NCBI GenBank assembly: GCA_051362555.1
Contig: CM120645.1
Span: 5,456,001-5,520,000, forward strand
Reading direction: 5' to 3'
Length of the DNA stretch: 64,000 nucleotides
Source: Lingula anatina
Taxonomy: Eukaryota > Animalia > Brachiopoda
The position numbers and the translations under genes were made by a program. Under the pieces are notes generated by a model. That model worked only from the letters and a program-made list of their open reading frames with translations, made no database searches and was not told where the DNA came from. This document shows positions 1-14,731 of the stretch, one piece after another (position 1 is the first letter of the stretch; each line of letters opens with the position of its first letter).

Positions 1-1029
1 AAGTTTGATCATCTAAGAATTAGTTTTAATAATAGAAGACTGTAGATAATAGATGATTAATCGCCTATTATGCAATAAATATCGGGTGTGCTTTCCCTGG
101 TTTTGAACAACAGTTTCACATTGTCTCCAGCAACTTGCCACCAAATTCTGCCAATCTTGCTTTGAGAGCCGGTTCCATTCTTTATTTACTGCCTGTTGGA
201 TTTCTCTAATGTTTCTAACTAGAGGCTGTCTCTCATTTATTGCCCTGTCAATCATATTCTAAGCATGCTCGATTACACTGAGAATTGGTAAATATGCAGG
301 CCAATCCAAATGTGGGATACCGCGCTGTTGCAGCGCGTCTTGCACGGACCATGCTTTCTGGATGGGCGCATTGTCCTGCACAAAAATGATTTTTCTTTCT
401 GGATTTGCTTGAATGTGTGATTGTATGCACCCCAATGGTATTTCGTCTCTGTATTGTTGACCAGGGCGCCTCCCGTGAATGACGTATGGTGGCAATTTTT
501 GATTGTTTGGCTGAAATGAACTGGTCCTTGTGGCATAATCGAACCAGATATCTTCATCTCTTGCGTCGGTTAATATTGGTCTACCAGAAAGAGGCTTGTC
601 CAATACATGCTGAGTTTGGCGCCTTTTGCTACCAGCTTGGACACTTGACTTGGTGCTGCTTTTTTGTTGCCTTGCAATCTGTCTCTTTGGCACCCCAGCA
701 CGATGGCTTTCCATTATTTGCCATCTGATTACCTCGTTGAGTCCTCTTCTAACCATTGGTTGGTCCAAAATAACAAATTGTGCCCATGAAACAAGCCAAA
801 CTGGAAGCTCCTCATGGCATAGCCAAACTGTGTTTTTCGCAAGTGGCACCCCCATTGCATATTCTATCGTGTCCAACAGTAAATAGTACTCTAATGTCAC
901 GGTCCAGTAAGTCAAAGTAAAAACAAGAGAAATATCTAGCTATTGTAAAAAATTTTGCCTCAATAAAAATTTTGGTTGCTGAGAAATTCGAGAAATAAGA
1001 TAGTGTTGCTTAACTTATGAGCATCAGTG
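1..1029 (-). mobile_element. Decayed Tc1/mariner DNA transposon (transposase pseudogene; one end at 1029, the other at or beyond the window edge)
   Basis: Minus-strand fragments give an HTH-like N-terminus (VRRGLNEVIRWQIMESHRAGVPKRQIARQ) and the Tc1 catalytic C-terminal block (IIFVQDNAP..LDWPAY..SVIEHA*) broken by a stop and frameshifts. The element ends in ...GCATCAGTG followed by TA (1030-1031), a typical Tc1 terminus. Confidence 0.85.
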
Positions 1030-1596
1030 TAGAATCACATGCAGTTAGTGCACTTATACGTCACAGTAAATCGAACGTTGGCCATCATTCGCGGCGCTTA
1101 AGAAAATTTATGAAGGTTATGTAAAAAATGGCTGATATAAACTGTCTATTTAAAGATTCACTCCGTCCAATGCCGAAAATAGGTTTATCCTCAAACTTAT
1201 GTAAACTGTTCAGATATATCAAACTGTAGCTATTGTTTTGGTATTGCTTCTGTTGATTGAATGGGATGTTGAGACACCTTCCGACTTCTCTAACACATTC
1301 ATAACTGCAAGCTCCGTTGCGTTGTGCTTTCCATAAGTGGTAAATTTAATCAAAAAAGATAATGTGATACAAAGATTAATGTATATTAAACCAATACAGT
1401 TTAGTTGTTATTGTGAACAGCTACATAATCTACTATCTGTTATTTTCAAAAGGAGTACAATTTTAGTCTATAATATATTCCCCTTTTAAGCTTTTGCCAA
1501 TCCGAGCTAGGAAAATTTTTTTCTTTAAAATACCCTGGGTTCACTTGTGAGAAGACAGGCTCCATGTCACTGAGAAAAACAGCCAGCTTACATGGG

Positions 1597-1612
1597 ATAA
1601 TAATAATAATAA

Positions 1613-1643
<31 letters not shown>

Positions 1644-1650
1644 AATAATA
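1597..1650. repeat. (AAT)n microsatellite
   Basis: Directly visible; explains the poly-Ile ORF 1446..1655. Confidence 0.95.
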
Positions 1651-1996
1651 GGCAAGTTCTTTGTTAAATCTCACTGAGGTAGTGCCATTTAGGAACACAT
1701 TCAATCCACTAGCAAATGCCTACACACCAAATGTTTAGAGTCTGTGCCACATAATGTGCAGTTATAGTCAAGCTGTGCTTGTCAACAAATAGAGATGTTC
1801 CATGTAATGCTCATCTAATGCTGATCCTAATTTGAGAATTTTCAAAGAATCAAAAATATTTGGCAAAAATGTGGCTAGTATAGTTTCTTTCACAGACCGA
1901 GACGAGTTTTTTCACATCAGCTGTTAAGACTTAGTGATTTAATCTTAACAAATATATACTTGTGCATCCAAAATACACGGAGGGTAAGGAGATACT

Positions 1997-2206
1997 TAGG
2001 CCTGTAGGCTGGGGAATTTGAGGGGGGGGGGGGGGGTTAGGGAGGGGGTCAAAGAACCAACCTTCCTGGTGAAAAAGGTCTGCTCTGAATCAAAATTTGA
2101 TCAGGTTCTATAAAATTTCTCAAGTGGGGCCAACCAAGTGAGTAAAAAGGTCAATTTTTTCAGAATTTAAAGATCCACTGTTTTGAAATTGCTGCCTGCA
2201 GGCCTG
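1997..2206. mobile_element. Short MITE with a poly-G tract, related to 59344-59517
   Basis: Ends TAGGCCTGTAGG...CCTGCAGGCCTG are inverted repeats. The interior resembles the reverse complement of 59344-59517. Confidence 0.55.
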
Positions 2207-2250
2207 ATATCTACATTGTAAGATGAATGTGCAGGGACTATATTCTCAAG

Positions 2251-3926
2251 TCAAGTTTTTGTAGACGCAGGTGCTTTCGATCCACACTGTCCATACTGTA
2301 AATATGTTTTCAGAGGTGAAGGAAGGTGCATATCTTGCACGCAACTTAAACCTTTCAGTCCTAAGCAACGCCGTATGCTAAGTCTACAGATCTGAAGCAG
2401 CGTCTTTGGGTGGCTTTCATACCAGGAAAATACGGCAGCACACTCTTGGAAGTCAGATTTACTAGTTGCAAGCAAGTCCCTAGGCTTCCGCCCTGTGTTG
2501 TTTCTCATGGCTGCGTCAGCGCCATATTCTAGGAGAAGAGAGATAAGTGTGACGTCATTCTTTCTAGCTGCCATGTGTAAGGCTGTTTCGTTAATCTTGG
2601 TGGCGTTAACGTTAGCACCTAAATTGTAATATATGAATATGTTATGACACCCCAGTCTGACACTAAGTGTGGCCTTGTGGACCGGATGGCCTTGTGGTTA
2701 GAGTGTCCGCCTCCGGAGCGGGAGGACGTGGGTTCAAACCCCGTCCGGGGACATACCAGTCCTTTATAAACGGTACCTGCTGTCTCCCCGCTTGGCACTC
2801 AGCACTTTGGGGTTGAAGCAGGGTCCTGGTCAGGCAGAGAACGATATTGTCAGTTTGATAGCACTCAGCGCCTCATACGGCAGCGGGGCTGTATCCTCCC
2901 CAGGGAGGCGAGATCGTGTACACAGTGTGTTATGACCAGTTGTCTATCTGTTATTTGTATGTACATATTTGTAAAGTCTAATGAACATATTTATATGGAG
3001 TTTAGACTCAAAATAAATATATTATTATTATTATTATTATATTAATTACAAATTAAATCTCATTATGAAATAATATAAAGTAATACATATTCTGGGCATG
3101 AATTACCCTGTGTTATGAACAATTGTACAGCACAAAATTCATCAGCACATAATGTTTACGCTTTATGTACATGTACCAGTCAAGAATAATTTGCATACAT
3201 ATTTTTGGATAAAATATGAAAGCCTTTACTGTTACAGTAGCAATGGACAAAAGGTGGAAAATTAAAAGTATACATTAAAAAAGTCTTGTGGAAAATTAAG
3301 CCTCAAAATACTGACCCCAATGGACACACTTGTCTAGATATAATGAAGACTAAATGTTATTGAATTTAGACAGAAAATCTCAACCAAATTCAACCCCAGA
3401 TGGATAAGACAGAAGAAGTGTACCTGAGTTTAATAGAACTTTGACTGAGTTGACATCTCCCAATGAAGCAGCAACATGAAGTGGGGTTCCAAAATGACAG
3501 TCCATTTTCTCTAACTCAGCCCCTGCTGCTATCAGTATTAATGCCACCTCCCAGCGACCTGGAAATAGGATATAATCTTCTATTATAGTATTAGAAAGGA
3601 TACAATTAGTCTTTTTATTTAAACAGCAGAAATATTGAGTTCTATCCAGTCCTAGCTAGTTTCTAGTAGAGGGGGGAATAACAGAAGGTTTTTCAAGGAT
3701 ATTTTAATTTACATTACAAAGACATTGCAAGCCACACATCCAAAGTGAAAATGCTAAAACACTGAATATCTAATGATTAATAATGCAATTCAATTTTTTG
3801 ATTTTCAAAAAAGGTTAATGCTCAAGAGGTGGATTCAGGATTTTGAGAGTGATGGTGGACAGAGGAAGAAAATGGTTTGCTTCAATTATAATGCCTGTAA
3901 ATAAATTATGGGTAAAAAATTGGAAT

Positions 3927-3962
<36 letters not shown>

Positions 3963-4811
3963 GGGAGGTGGGATTGTAGTGTCCCTCATCTTGGATACAC
4001 ATGGTGCATTGTGACAACACCTACCTGCCAGCATAGCTTCATGTAAAGGGGACACATTGACAGCCCAGGGGTTGATACTGGCCCCTCTCTCTAGAAGAAG
4101 TCGTACACAGTCGATACTACCACGGGAACTGGCATCACAGAGCGGGGTGGCTGCATCTATATTTCTGGCATTAACCTTGAGAGGTAGAAGAGAAATTACT
4201 AGACAGCAGTGCTAAAGACAGAATACAGTGTAGATAGAGAGAAAAGTGCTGCTTTTAAGGGGTTAACCTAAAAGGGAAAATTACGTAGAATGAAGCTTTA
4301 TATCTGATCCCTGATGTATAAAATCACACAGAGTTTTCACTCATATTTGTTTTAAACCAAATTGTTTGCTAAAGCATGTTAACTTATAAAATTAGGCCAA
4401 GTCAGTTCTGACTTAAGTGTATCTGAAAGCAGCTATCTCTAATCAAATGTTTGCAAAGAGAAGAAAAAACACAAGACAACATATTATCATAATCAACTTT
4501 ATGTAGTAATGCTGTCACAATTAAAATAAATTCTACTTGTTTTCATATTTTTTTTCAAGTCTGAATAATCATGCATGCTTAATGCTTAATGCTTTAGTCA
4601 ATAACATGATAAATTAACATCTTTACATCTGCTCCTGCAAGCAAGAGGGTGAGCGCACACTCTGTTTGCCCCCATGCACATGCTTCGTGCAGCGGGGTTA
4701 CACCATCGAAGTTGCAAACGTTCACCATTTCCCCCATCGCAACGGCCTCTGCTATCATATCATGTCGACCTAGCCTGGCTGCAACATGAAGCCTGCTGTT
4801 CCCAACACCCA
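2251..4811 (-). CDS. ASB13: Ankyrin repeat and SOCS box protein, ASB13-like; first coding exon unresolved
   Basis: GT-AG exons 4811-4627, 4175-4025, 3558-3424 and 2618-2251 splice in frame. They encode ankyrin repeats (DGVTPLHEAC, NARNIDAATPLCDA, DCHFGTPLHVAA, ANVNATKINETALH) and a C-terminal SOCS box (PKTLLQICRLSIRRCLG..LPSPLKTYL). The DCHFGTPLH motif resembles ASB13 as I recall it; orthology within ASB5/9/11/13 is not proven. Confidence 0.85.
2679..3040 (+). mobile_element. tRNA-derived SINE in the last ASB intron
   Basis: Pol III A box TGGCCTTGTGG (2687-2697), B box GGTTCAAACC (2731-2740), a tRNA-like arm with CCG in the loop, a ~250-bp body and a (TTA)n tail. Confidence 0.85.
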
Positions 4812-6673
4812 CTGGAAAAACATGAAAAATGTGGGATTAATTAAACATTTGCTATACTTTCTTTAAGCTCAAAAGGTGCATTCTGTTGGTTCTCATTTTA
4901 TTATTTTTTGTTTATATCCTTTTTTTGTGTAGATAGACGACTGTATGGTTCCAAGAATTATTAATGTACTGATATTATATACCTCAAATGACTTTACACC
5001 TCACTCAAAAAATGTTAATTGGCAAACAGTGTCATTTAAACATGAATGTATTTTTCTCTAAATTAAATAACAAATATATGGCTATCTGTGCATTAATTTC
5101 AAGTCCCTAATATTATTACGAAAGAAGTGTGAACAGAAAAAAAGGTGAATACATGCATGTATGTGTTTGATGGCGGAAAATGGGAAATTTTGTTACATGA
5201 AAAATGCATGTACTGTGTCTTAATGGCTTAAAAAATTCATCTCCAGACTGACCACATAAAACTTGAAAACGAAATGAATATAAGTCGAATCTCCAGTAAA
5301 AACACACACACTCCTACACACACTCGAACGCACGCACGCACACTGGCACAGTCACACAAACACTGTATGATACAGAAGTACCTTCTGGGACGAGGAGGCG
5401 GTATTCCTGCAGACATTGGAGTGGTTCGTGTTGTAGAATCTCTCCCCCTTCTAATACTGCAGCACTGCTTGCCATCCCTGGTGAACTGAATGGTAAAATT
5501 TACGCCTAATATTGTCGATCATCTAGGGGGTCTACCCCTGCAAAATTGTCAACACAACACATTATAGCCTCCAAACAAAAAAGAGGTAAATTCCGTACAT
5601 TCTGTTAGCACATCTAACACAATTACTGGCGCTGGAATCCATAAATCTGCCTAAATGGGTTAAAGGCAAAAATCAACACCAAATCAAAACATAACTGAAT
5701 TCTCACACCCGTATATTCATCACAAAACTTTATAAACTTACTATCAAAATTTTGTGTTATAAATCAGTAGAATTCACGTCTAAGAAGGCGGTTGCTAAGG
5801 TGTAGGTTGGGGCAAGAAGTCTCAACAGAAAACTCCTTGGTTGGGGCATACCATGGATCAAGCAGATTATCGACAAATCTTTATAAGCTCTTCTGTTAGA
5901 ACTCTTGTTCTTCAAAATTCATTAAGGCTAGATCTACATATGAAATAGCAAAAACACTTTTGTTGGAGAGTTTCTAGATAACAGTAACTCATTTGCCATA
6001 CCATTTACTTTGTTCTCGTGTGTTGGGCACTATACCAAACAGGAATAGGGAAAAAAATTGCTGTTGCAAACAACTAATTTATTTCACCAATTATTAACGT
6101 AACACGTTATCATTAAAACACATGCGCCTTATGGCTAATCCAGATACTAAAGCACATGTTCATGTTATGAGCACCTCTTCATCTATACTTCTTTTTCAAA
6201 TAGATTAAAACAACCCTCTGGAAGTCAGAGAAAATGAAATAAATAGAAAACTTAATAAACAAGCTACAACAAAAATAACTCGACTCTTGTCATTTTATTA
6301 TAAACAATAAAATGTATCAAAAGAAATGGCACTTTCCACTGATTAAAACTGAGGTAAAAGTAAAACTGTAATGATGTAATAACCATTCACCCACAAGCAT
6401 GCATTGCAGATGAATTACAATCTTCAACGTTCTTAATAAATTAAATTAAAGCCATTTTCCATGTGCTTCACATGTACAGTATCATTTCCACTTTTGCAAA
6501 TTCCATGATGAGTCATGTAAAACAGAGATTCAGTCACAGGTTTCAGTTCAAAAGTACTTTCTGATTGTATTGTTTAGTCTTACTCATAAACAATCCAATG
6601 ATAATACTTCGTACATGTAATTATTAAGTAACACTGGCTGCGAAACAAAAAAATTCCAGCAAATAACGACGGT

Positions 6674-6970
<297 letters not shown>

Positions 6971-8974
6971 TCAATAGCTGATTGCAGTGGCAAATTTAGA
7001 GGGGCAATCAAGGAAGGTTCTGACCCCCCCTCCTTTGGTTTCTGAAAAAGAAGCACATTAATATTACTCTCTTAAAATCAGAATTTTGACTAGCTGATTT
7101 ATTGTTCTTAACCTTCCAAATGGCACAGTTTGCCCTCCAAATCACCACCAAAATACATGTATTCTGAGGACATTTTGGGGGGTAGGGGGGAGGATCGGCT
7201 TTGCATCCCCCTCCTTCAAAAAATCCTTGATTAGTCCCTTTATTGCGATGATTGATGAAAATGTCCATATATATATTATTCAGGCAATAGAAAAGAAATA
7301 TGTTTTGTTACAGAATTACAAAAATTTATCTTCATATGAATCACAAGTCTGAACAGAAAAATATGAAAGAATATAATCCCAAAACACAATTTTGATTGAC
7401 AGCTAAAGGACAAAAATCCAATTATTAAGAATTAATATTCGCATCTCAGAGAAAGGTGCTATTTTAATATTTTAATTTCGTTATTTCTTAATTTTCACAT
7501 TGCTTCAAGAGCCTAGAATATGACAGAATCCAGAGCAGAACGTTTTTAGAGCCAAGAGCTCAGATACTCAAAATTTACGATTCTTCTGGTCGACATGTAG
7601 AAAATGAGTCTTTTCTTACCTGTTTTGGTGTTAAATGTATTGTCAGAATAAGTTGACCTTTTGTGCCGTTGCTAGAGGAGGCCGTGCAAGACCTTTCTTT
7701 TTCAGGTTGCCTTCGGAACACAAGCAATGTACAATTAATTACATAACCTACCATTAGAAACCGTTTCATTGGTTGATATTCAGAATTACTTTAATGTGAT
7801 TGGATAATTTTCAGCATCTTACAGAGGCATTTAGCAAGATAGAACCAATTCGAAACATGCGCACGTACGTCTTTGGTTGGAAATGAGAAAAATTAAAAAT
7901 CGTTAATTGTAATAAACATTATGGCAACATTCATACTCTTATCTTTCAACGTTTTTTCCTCGGCAATATTAACTATATAGTCATATGATATAGTCATAGG
8001 GGTAATGGACATTTTTCCTCTAGTGTTTTGCAGGCGCATCAATCTAATTTTAGACTGTTTTACTCTCACCTGCACCTTTCACATTTCGCTGTGGATAGAA
8101 ACAGAGATATGTTTAAAGCAAATTATTTCATCTTTTCTACTATCACTTTCACACGCATTTAAGCATGACGCAATAAATCAAAGCTGTTGGCCTAGTTCCC
8201 GACGTTATCGAGAGAAGGCCAGACGATATTTCACGACTTTCTGTAAACAGGGCCGATATTAGTCGACATTTACTTTTGTTTTTCAGAAAAAAATTAAAAT
8301 ATATGATGTTAAACGAACATAGCAGGTAAATTTAGGATTCATCTGTATTTTATTGTTTTTTTATTTTATTTTATTTTATATTTTTCGTATTTAGCTAATG
8401 AAAATTAGGCCTACTCTGTTCAGACGGATCTGTATACCTGTACCGGCTGTACGTGTACGTTTAAACTTTGTTGTTGTTCCATTACGTGCCAAGCTAGATG
8501 TGGAGGCCTAGGCTACTGATTACTGTCAAATAAAATGAATCTCCCGTTTTTTATTTTTAAAAGGTGCACGCAAATAACTATCTAAAGTAAAAAAAAAAAT
8601 TTGAAATTTAAATTGAATATCTTAGATATTTATCTTATTATTTTATTTTATTTTATTTGTTTGTTTCATAAAGAGTCACTGCAAATCACTATTCAAAAGT
8701 CTTTATTAATAAAAGTTGTAAAAATATAAATAAGACACAAGTCTGACTCGATTTCACTGTCTGCAAGCTTCAATCATTCGAAATAATTCGAATAGCTGAT
8801 TATTTCAAGTCAGTCATCAATTACTGGCACTATTGTCTTCTTTGGTTTCCTGGCATATGTGTAAGTAGTTACAATCTATGTCAAGATAGAAGGTATCCTG
8901 ATGTATGTAGAGGCCTAAAGGCAGGGTCCTTGTTAGTTTCTTATCTAACTATTCAACTGGCTCAACGGGTCTGC

Positions 8975-9310
<336 letters not shown>

Positions 9311-9703
9311 TTACAAGTCTGAAGAGAAAATTACTTGGAAAAAAATGGATGTAATTAACATGCTGTCAAAAGTGAAAAGAAGACACCGTATTAAAAACAT
9401 TGGAACAATCACTGGTTGTACTAATGAGAATGTGTCTCCTTTCATTTTTCATTCTGTTTGGTTATAACGCTATAACAGATATATAGGGCCTACTCATTTT
9501 GAAGTGCTGTCGGCAGGCAACCACGCCGTCTTCCATTTTTAATTATTATGTAATCTGTGCAGGCATGTTAGATAGGCCAAAAAACTGTAGGGCCTACATT
9601 TTCCCACATGTTTCTTACCTGTTTGGGGGCTAGTAGGCCTAGTTTCTCCTTTCTTTCTAGTAAACGTGTGTACTGCCGCTTTGCAATGCCTTCTTTAATT
9701 ACA

Positions 9704-9727
9704 GTTGCTATGAGAAACACCTTTATA
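9704..9727 (-). promoter_or_regulatory. Candidate RFX X-box plus TATA box upstream of LC8 copy 2
   Basis: GTTGCTATGAGAAAC (9704-9718) resembles the X-box consensus. TATAAA lies on the minus strand at 9727-9722. A weaker counterpart, GTTGCCTTCGGAAC, is at 7706-7719 upstream of copy 1. Confidence 0.45.
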
Positions 9728-10431
9728 GGGTCTTATCGTTCACTGATTGGGCAACTTTTAGCATCTTGTAATGGCACTTAGCAAGATAGTACCAATCCAA
9801 AGCTTGCGATCACTTTCGTCTTGATTGCAAAGGAAATAAACATGATGGCCATATATAATTTAAAAAATTGCTTTACTTCTTATTTGCACTTTGTCACACA
9901 TTTAACCATGGCAAGAATAATCAAGATAGCAATTTGACGGGGTTATCAACTTTTGGGCATTTTTTTCACGAAGCACTAGGGCCTACGACTTTTCCTAATT
10001 TATGTTGTATGGGGCAAATTTCTCTTGCTAGCGCTACTCACATTCTTTACACCTGAACTCAATATAGAGGTGCATTTCACAATGGTAAATAATAACTGAC
10101 GAAAAAAAATGTCTCTATAAGTATTTAAAACTGTAACTCATGGGGCTTTGCGTCATGGCTAAAACGTAGGCCCCTATGCGTAACGCATGTTCCCTAGAAA
10201 TATATATGAAAAAAAAAGGGGGGGGGGGGGTTGATACTTGTCCACGCAATTGGTGCAATATGTAGCAGGATTTTCTGCTGTCGACTGAAACATAAATATC
10301 GTTTTTATGTGTAGTTTGACATTTCTGACATAATTTTTGCGTCACGAATTAAAATAATTCATAAAATTCTCTTTCTCACTGTCAGCATGCTGCCTTTTTT
10401 TATAATATTCAGCGACAAAAATATAAATAAA

Positions 10432-10433
<2 letters not shown>

Positions 10434-10486
<53 letters not shown>
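10434..10486. repeat. (AAT)n microsatellite
   Basis: Directly visible. Confidence 0.95.
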
Positions 10487-10487
<1 letters not shown>

Positions 10488-10793
10488 TTTAATCGCTCCA
10501 TGCAGAAGATTTTATGTCTTTTACAACGTTCTACTTGTAAAAAATAAATTAAAGCACAAAACCAGTGCTGATCGAATTTCAAAGTGAGTAAAACGCTACC
10601 GTAGCTGAAAGTTTTCCATTTGTGATAGTAACGCATGTTCCTTTTTGGGGTTAAAAGAACAATTATTTTTATTCTCTAACTTGATACTAATTTTTTCATA
10701 TGGCACTCTAGAATTTATCAAGCATAGTTTCTAATCTGTGCACTAAATATTTTTAAGATGACATTTTAACTTACCCCCGGTATCCCCTATTAA

Positions 10794-10860
10794 GTCCTCA
10801 GACATCAGCATGCATTTGATTACGGTCTTTCTCTCAGATATTGTTCTAAAAATGAAACAA
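10794..10860 (-). pseudogene. 5' relic of a third LC8 dynein light chain copy
   Basis: Minus strand reads TTTTTAG AACA ATA TCT GAG AGA AAG ACC GTA ATC AAA..ATG TCT GAG GAC. This matches the acceptor and first ~16 codons of copy 1 with the start ATG mutated to ATA; the remainder is missing. Confidence 0.8.
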
Positions 10861-12011
10861 TTTTGATATGAATGTCTCACAACTTTTTCTTGACGTGGAC
10901 GGACTCAGCCTTTATGGTCCGACGTGGTAAGCTTTGATCGTTAAAATGCCTTGCAACGTAAGGCCAAGCAAATTTGATTAGTTAGTTACCGATATATACT
11001 AATTTTGAGGATATCAGATTTTTAGCAGCTATCTTTTTAACACACACACAAAGATGCATTGCTATCTTTGTTATACAGTGTAATAAATTTCGTTCACCGA
11101 TCCTGTGAACAGAAAGTACGTAGCCGCTCGTTCACAACTAATTTCGTCTGGCCTAATGGAAGAAAGATTAATAGATTCTCCGTATAAAGATACTATAGAC
11201 ATATTCATGACGAATGTAAATAGAGGCCTTCCTAATCACATGCGCTTTTTACTTGTCATTCCCTGTAGTTTGCAGTGAGAAGAGTTTAATGAAGTACAAC
11301 CTCATTAAAAAATTATTATGTTCTTAAAAGACGATTGTTCATATCTATGTTAAGACGATCACAAAAATGTAAAGTGTGGGACACGGAGGTCAGTGTTTTA
11401 AGACTAGTTTTGGTTTTTCAACAACGCTTTTTTTCCATATTACAAACAAACGTCGCTTTTCAAAAACAATTCTGGCAACCAGAAGCTATTAAAATGATAT
11501 AAAGCCGCTTTTTAATAAATCATATCGTTTCTCCAAAAATCATATTATTATCATCAATTATTCAGACGAGAAGAGCGGCGGAGGGTCACTGGGTTCTGAG
11601 CAGCTGACATGAATTGATCCTGGTTTGTTTGCAATTGACCAAGTCGCTTTGCTGTAGGAAGAGTAAGAGCACCCCTGCCATTTTTTCCGTATTGATAAAT
11701 CAAGCGGCTATAATTAAAAGGTTTATCTTAGTATGTTTTTTATATATTTATTTCACGCCAGTGATATGAGAGATCAGTATAGCTTTTTGCACTTGCATTT
11801 AGAGTGAAGAAGTCAAGCAACCAGAGCATTTTGTTTACACTGATTGAACACAATGCTTTTTAAATGGCTCACCTAAAGGAACAGCAGTTCAACCCATACA
11901 AAATGATAATAGACAAACAGAAGCCTCAAAAGCGCAGTATACTCGTATTCAAAAGCATGTACATGTACTAGCAGTTTTCAAAAACCAGTTTGTTTTAATA
12001 AGAATTTTTAT

Positions 12012-13810
12012 AACAAGGCAGCAAAGCTGTCAAATGTACAGACAAAAAGAAGGAAAAAAACAAAATAGGGTACAGTCAATTCTGATGCAAAAGTACATTA
12101 TGTTAAACTGCAAATTCAACATCAAACTTTAATTATGCTCAACAGGTAATTCCAATGTAAGTAAAATGTGTAACAAGCATAAGGCTTCAGCCCCATAGGA
12201 GTTCAAGTTCACACTCTGAAAATGTATAACTTCCAGAAAAAGAATTCAATTAGACTGCTTTTCTCAGGCTGCATTTTAGTCCTGTATTTCTTTTTTGAAA
12301 GTTTGGCAATCATAAGTAACATGGTTTTCCCATAATGGTTTTAAGGCAGCAGCACCCAAAATTGTGAGTTCTTCTATTCTGATGCAATATTACATAATGG
12401 TTAACAGCATAATGACAATCAATTTTTAATAATAAAATAAAGGTATCATGGATTTTCAGAAAATGTGACTAGCATGGGTCTTCAAGCCTGTGGAACTTCA
12501 AAGTCACACCTTGAAAATGCCGATATGTGAAAAATTAAACTTTCACAAAAAAACTGTTTAACCGGCAGAAAGAATTACCAAACAGATTGCATTGCCTACT
12601 GAAGCTGTATTTAAGTCCCATGTTTCTTTCTGTAAGTTTGAGAACAGTAAATAACATGGTTTTCCTTAAATGGTCATCATGGGAGCAGTGGCCAAAATAG
12701 GTTTATTTTCAAATTTTGATGCAATATTACATAATGTTTAACAGCATAATGATCATCAATTTTTAATAATATCATGTATATTCAGAAAATGTGACTAGCA
12801 AAGGTCTTCATGCCCATGGAACTTCAAAGTGACACCTTGAATATGCCAAAATGTAAACTAGACAGCACTGTGCTGAAATGGGTTTATTTCCATTTTTAAC
12901 ACTTTTTTAATATAAGATGAAATAAACAGTTTACTGCCATTTTTATATGATCAACTAAGAAAATTGATGAGATGGGACAAATATCAATAGAACTGTGTCA
13001 AATGTCCAATTTCCTCCATTCTGACATTCTGAACATAGTAAATGATTGAATCTGACTGATATGAGTTTATTTCCATTTTTGACACTTTATTACACAATAC
13101 ACGATAACAAGTTTACCATCATTTCTACATAATCAACTAACAATGTTGTAAAGATGCAGGAAATGTCAAACAAACACTTTTATGTGTCTTATTAATTAAA
13201 TAATAAGACTGTTAACATGCCTAAGAATTGAATTTGAGGAAAAGTTAAAAAAAACAGCATGACTTCTAAAAAAATGACCCGATTATACTAATTTTCAAAC
13301 TCAACCTGCATTTTAGTAAGATTGACCACTCCTGTGAGTTTAATGACAATTGGTCTATCTGTTTTTCTTATATTGTGTTTACAGTGTTGCATATATGCTA
13401 AAAAGTGAAAAAACAGCATAACTACTAAAATAGTGGCCCGATCATGCCGATTTTCTAACTTGACCTGTGTTTTAGTAAGATTGATTACTCCTGTGAGTTT
13501 CATGACAACAGGCCTATCGGTTCTCCTTAAAATGTGTTAACAGAGTTGCATATATGCTGTAAAGTGAAAAAACAGCATAACTTCTACAATAATGGCCCGA
13601 TCATGCTGATTTTCTAACTTGACCTGCGTTTTATGAATATTCACCAGCTCTGTAAATATAAAGCCAAAAAGTAAAACTGCCCTCCACTTATCGTGTTTAC
13701 GAGGAAAGTGCACGGCATCGGCATCGGCATCGCCATCGCCATCGGCATCGGCGACGACAGACGCAGGTGATGGCAATATGTACAGACACATCTGTGTCTG
13801 TACATAAAAA
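12012..13810 (-). mobile_element. Non-autonomous Helentron/HINE (DINE-1-like) element with internal tandem repeats
   Basis: Left end has hairpin GGCAGC-AAA-GCTGTC then subterminal ATGTACAGAC (12034-12043). Right end has palindrome ATGTACAGACACA-TC-TGTGTCTGTACAT (13778-13805) after a (GGCATC)n microsatellite. Degenerate internal repeats of roughly 300 bp and 165 bp; A/T-rich flanks with no TSD. Confidence 0.75.
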
Positions 13811-14601
13811 TGACCACAAATTAAACTCATGGTTCTCCTGCTTTATATTGTTTTAATAGTGCAACATGTGCCACAGCAGCAGAAAGACATATACAATGAT
13901 ACACCCTGATATATGTGACCACGAGACATTCGTAATGCATTGACTTCTATTACTGAAGTTAGTTATTTTATTATTCATTCAAGTCACGTTCTTGATTCAA
14001 TGGACCAAAAAAAAAAAAAAAAACTTAGGTCTGTTGGGAGTAGACATTGACCACGTAATTTTGTATGCAAAATATGCAAATATACACACATGTAAATACA
14101 ACTCATTGTAATTATAATACAAACTTTGTCACACACCATTATTAACTTACTCAGTGATCAGACCAAAGTGCATATTGAGAAACTGAAAATTCTCCAAGGC
14201 TAGATCTATTTGGCAATGCATTTCAATCAACCTATCCATGTGCAAATACACCTGATTAATCTGTTACACAGATTCTACTACCTACAGGGTAAAACTATAG
14301 ATGCCTTAAATGTACAGTAACAAATTAACCAGATTTCTTACATAACACATACAGCTGCAGTCATCTGCAGTGTATCTATGGGACGCATAAAATAAATAAA
14401 ATAAAATAATAACATGAATAAAAACATTCTGAAGACAGACAAACTTGGGACATGAAGGCAACTATATCTTCCACTTTGGGCTTGGTGAGCTTATATCATA
14501 CCTGGGAGGAGAAAATGGTGAATCTGCCATTAACCCGTGTTCTTTTTTTTTTAAATTTAATACCCTGCTTTTCAGCTGCAATGCACAGCATTCAGCTTTA
14601 A

Positions 14602-14644
<43 letters not shown>

Positions 14645-14731
14645 TAATTTTGTGCCACATGTATAAATGAACTCTCTGAGTTGAAGCACATTTGTTTTTC
14701 TATAGTGTGAAACACTCCCTCTGTTCTGGTG

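Noticed and set aside
2679-2752. tRNA-Arg(CCG) gene
   Set aside because: The acceptor stem is imperfect and the sequence continues into a SINE body with a (TTA)n tail.
5382-5476. First coding exon of the ASB gene using the AAG|GTAC donor
   Set aside because: The two nearby ATGs give phase 0 or 2 at this donor while the next exon needs phase 1; left unresolved.
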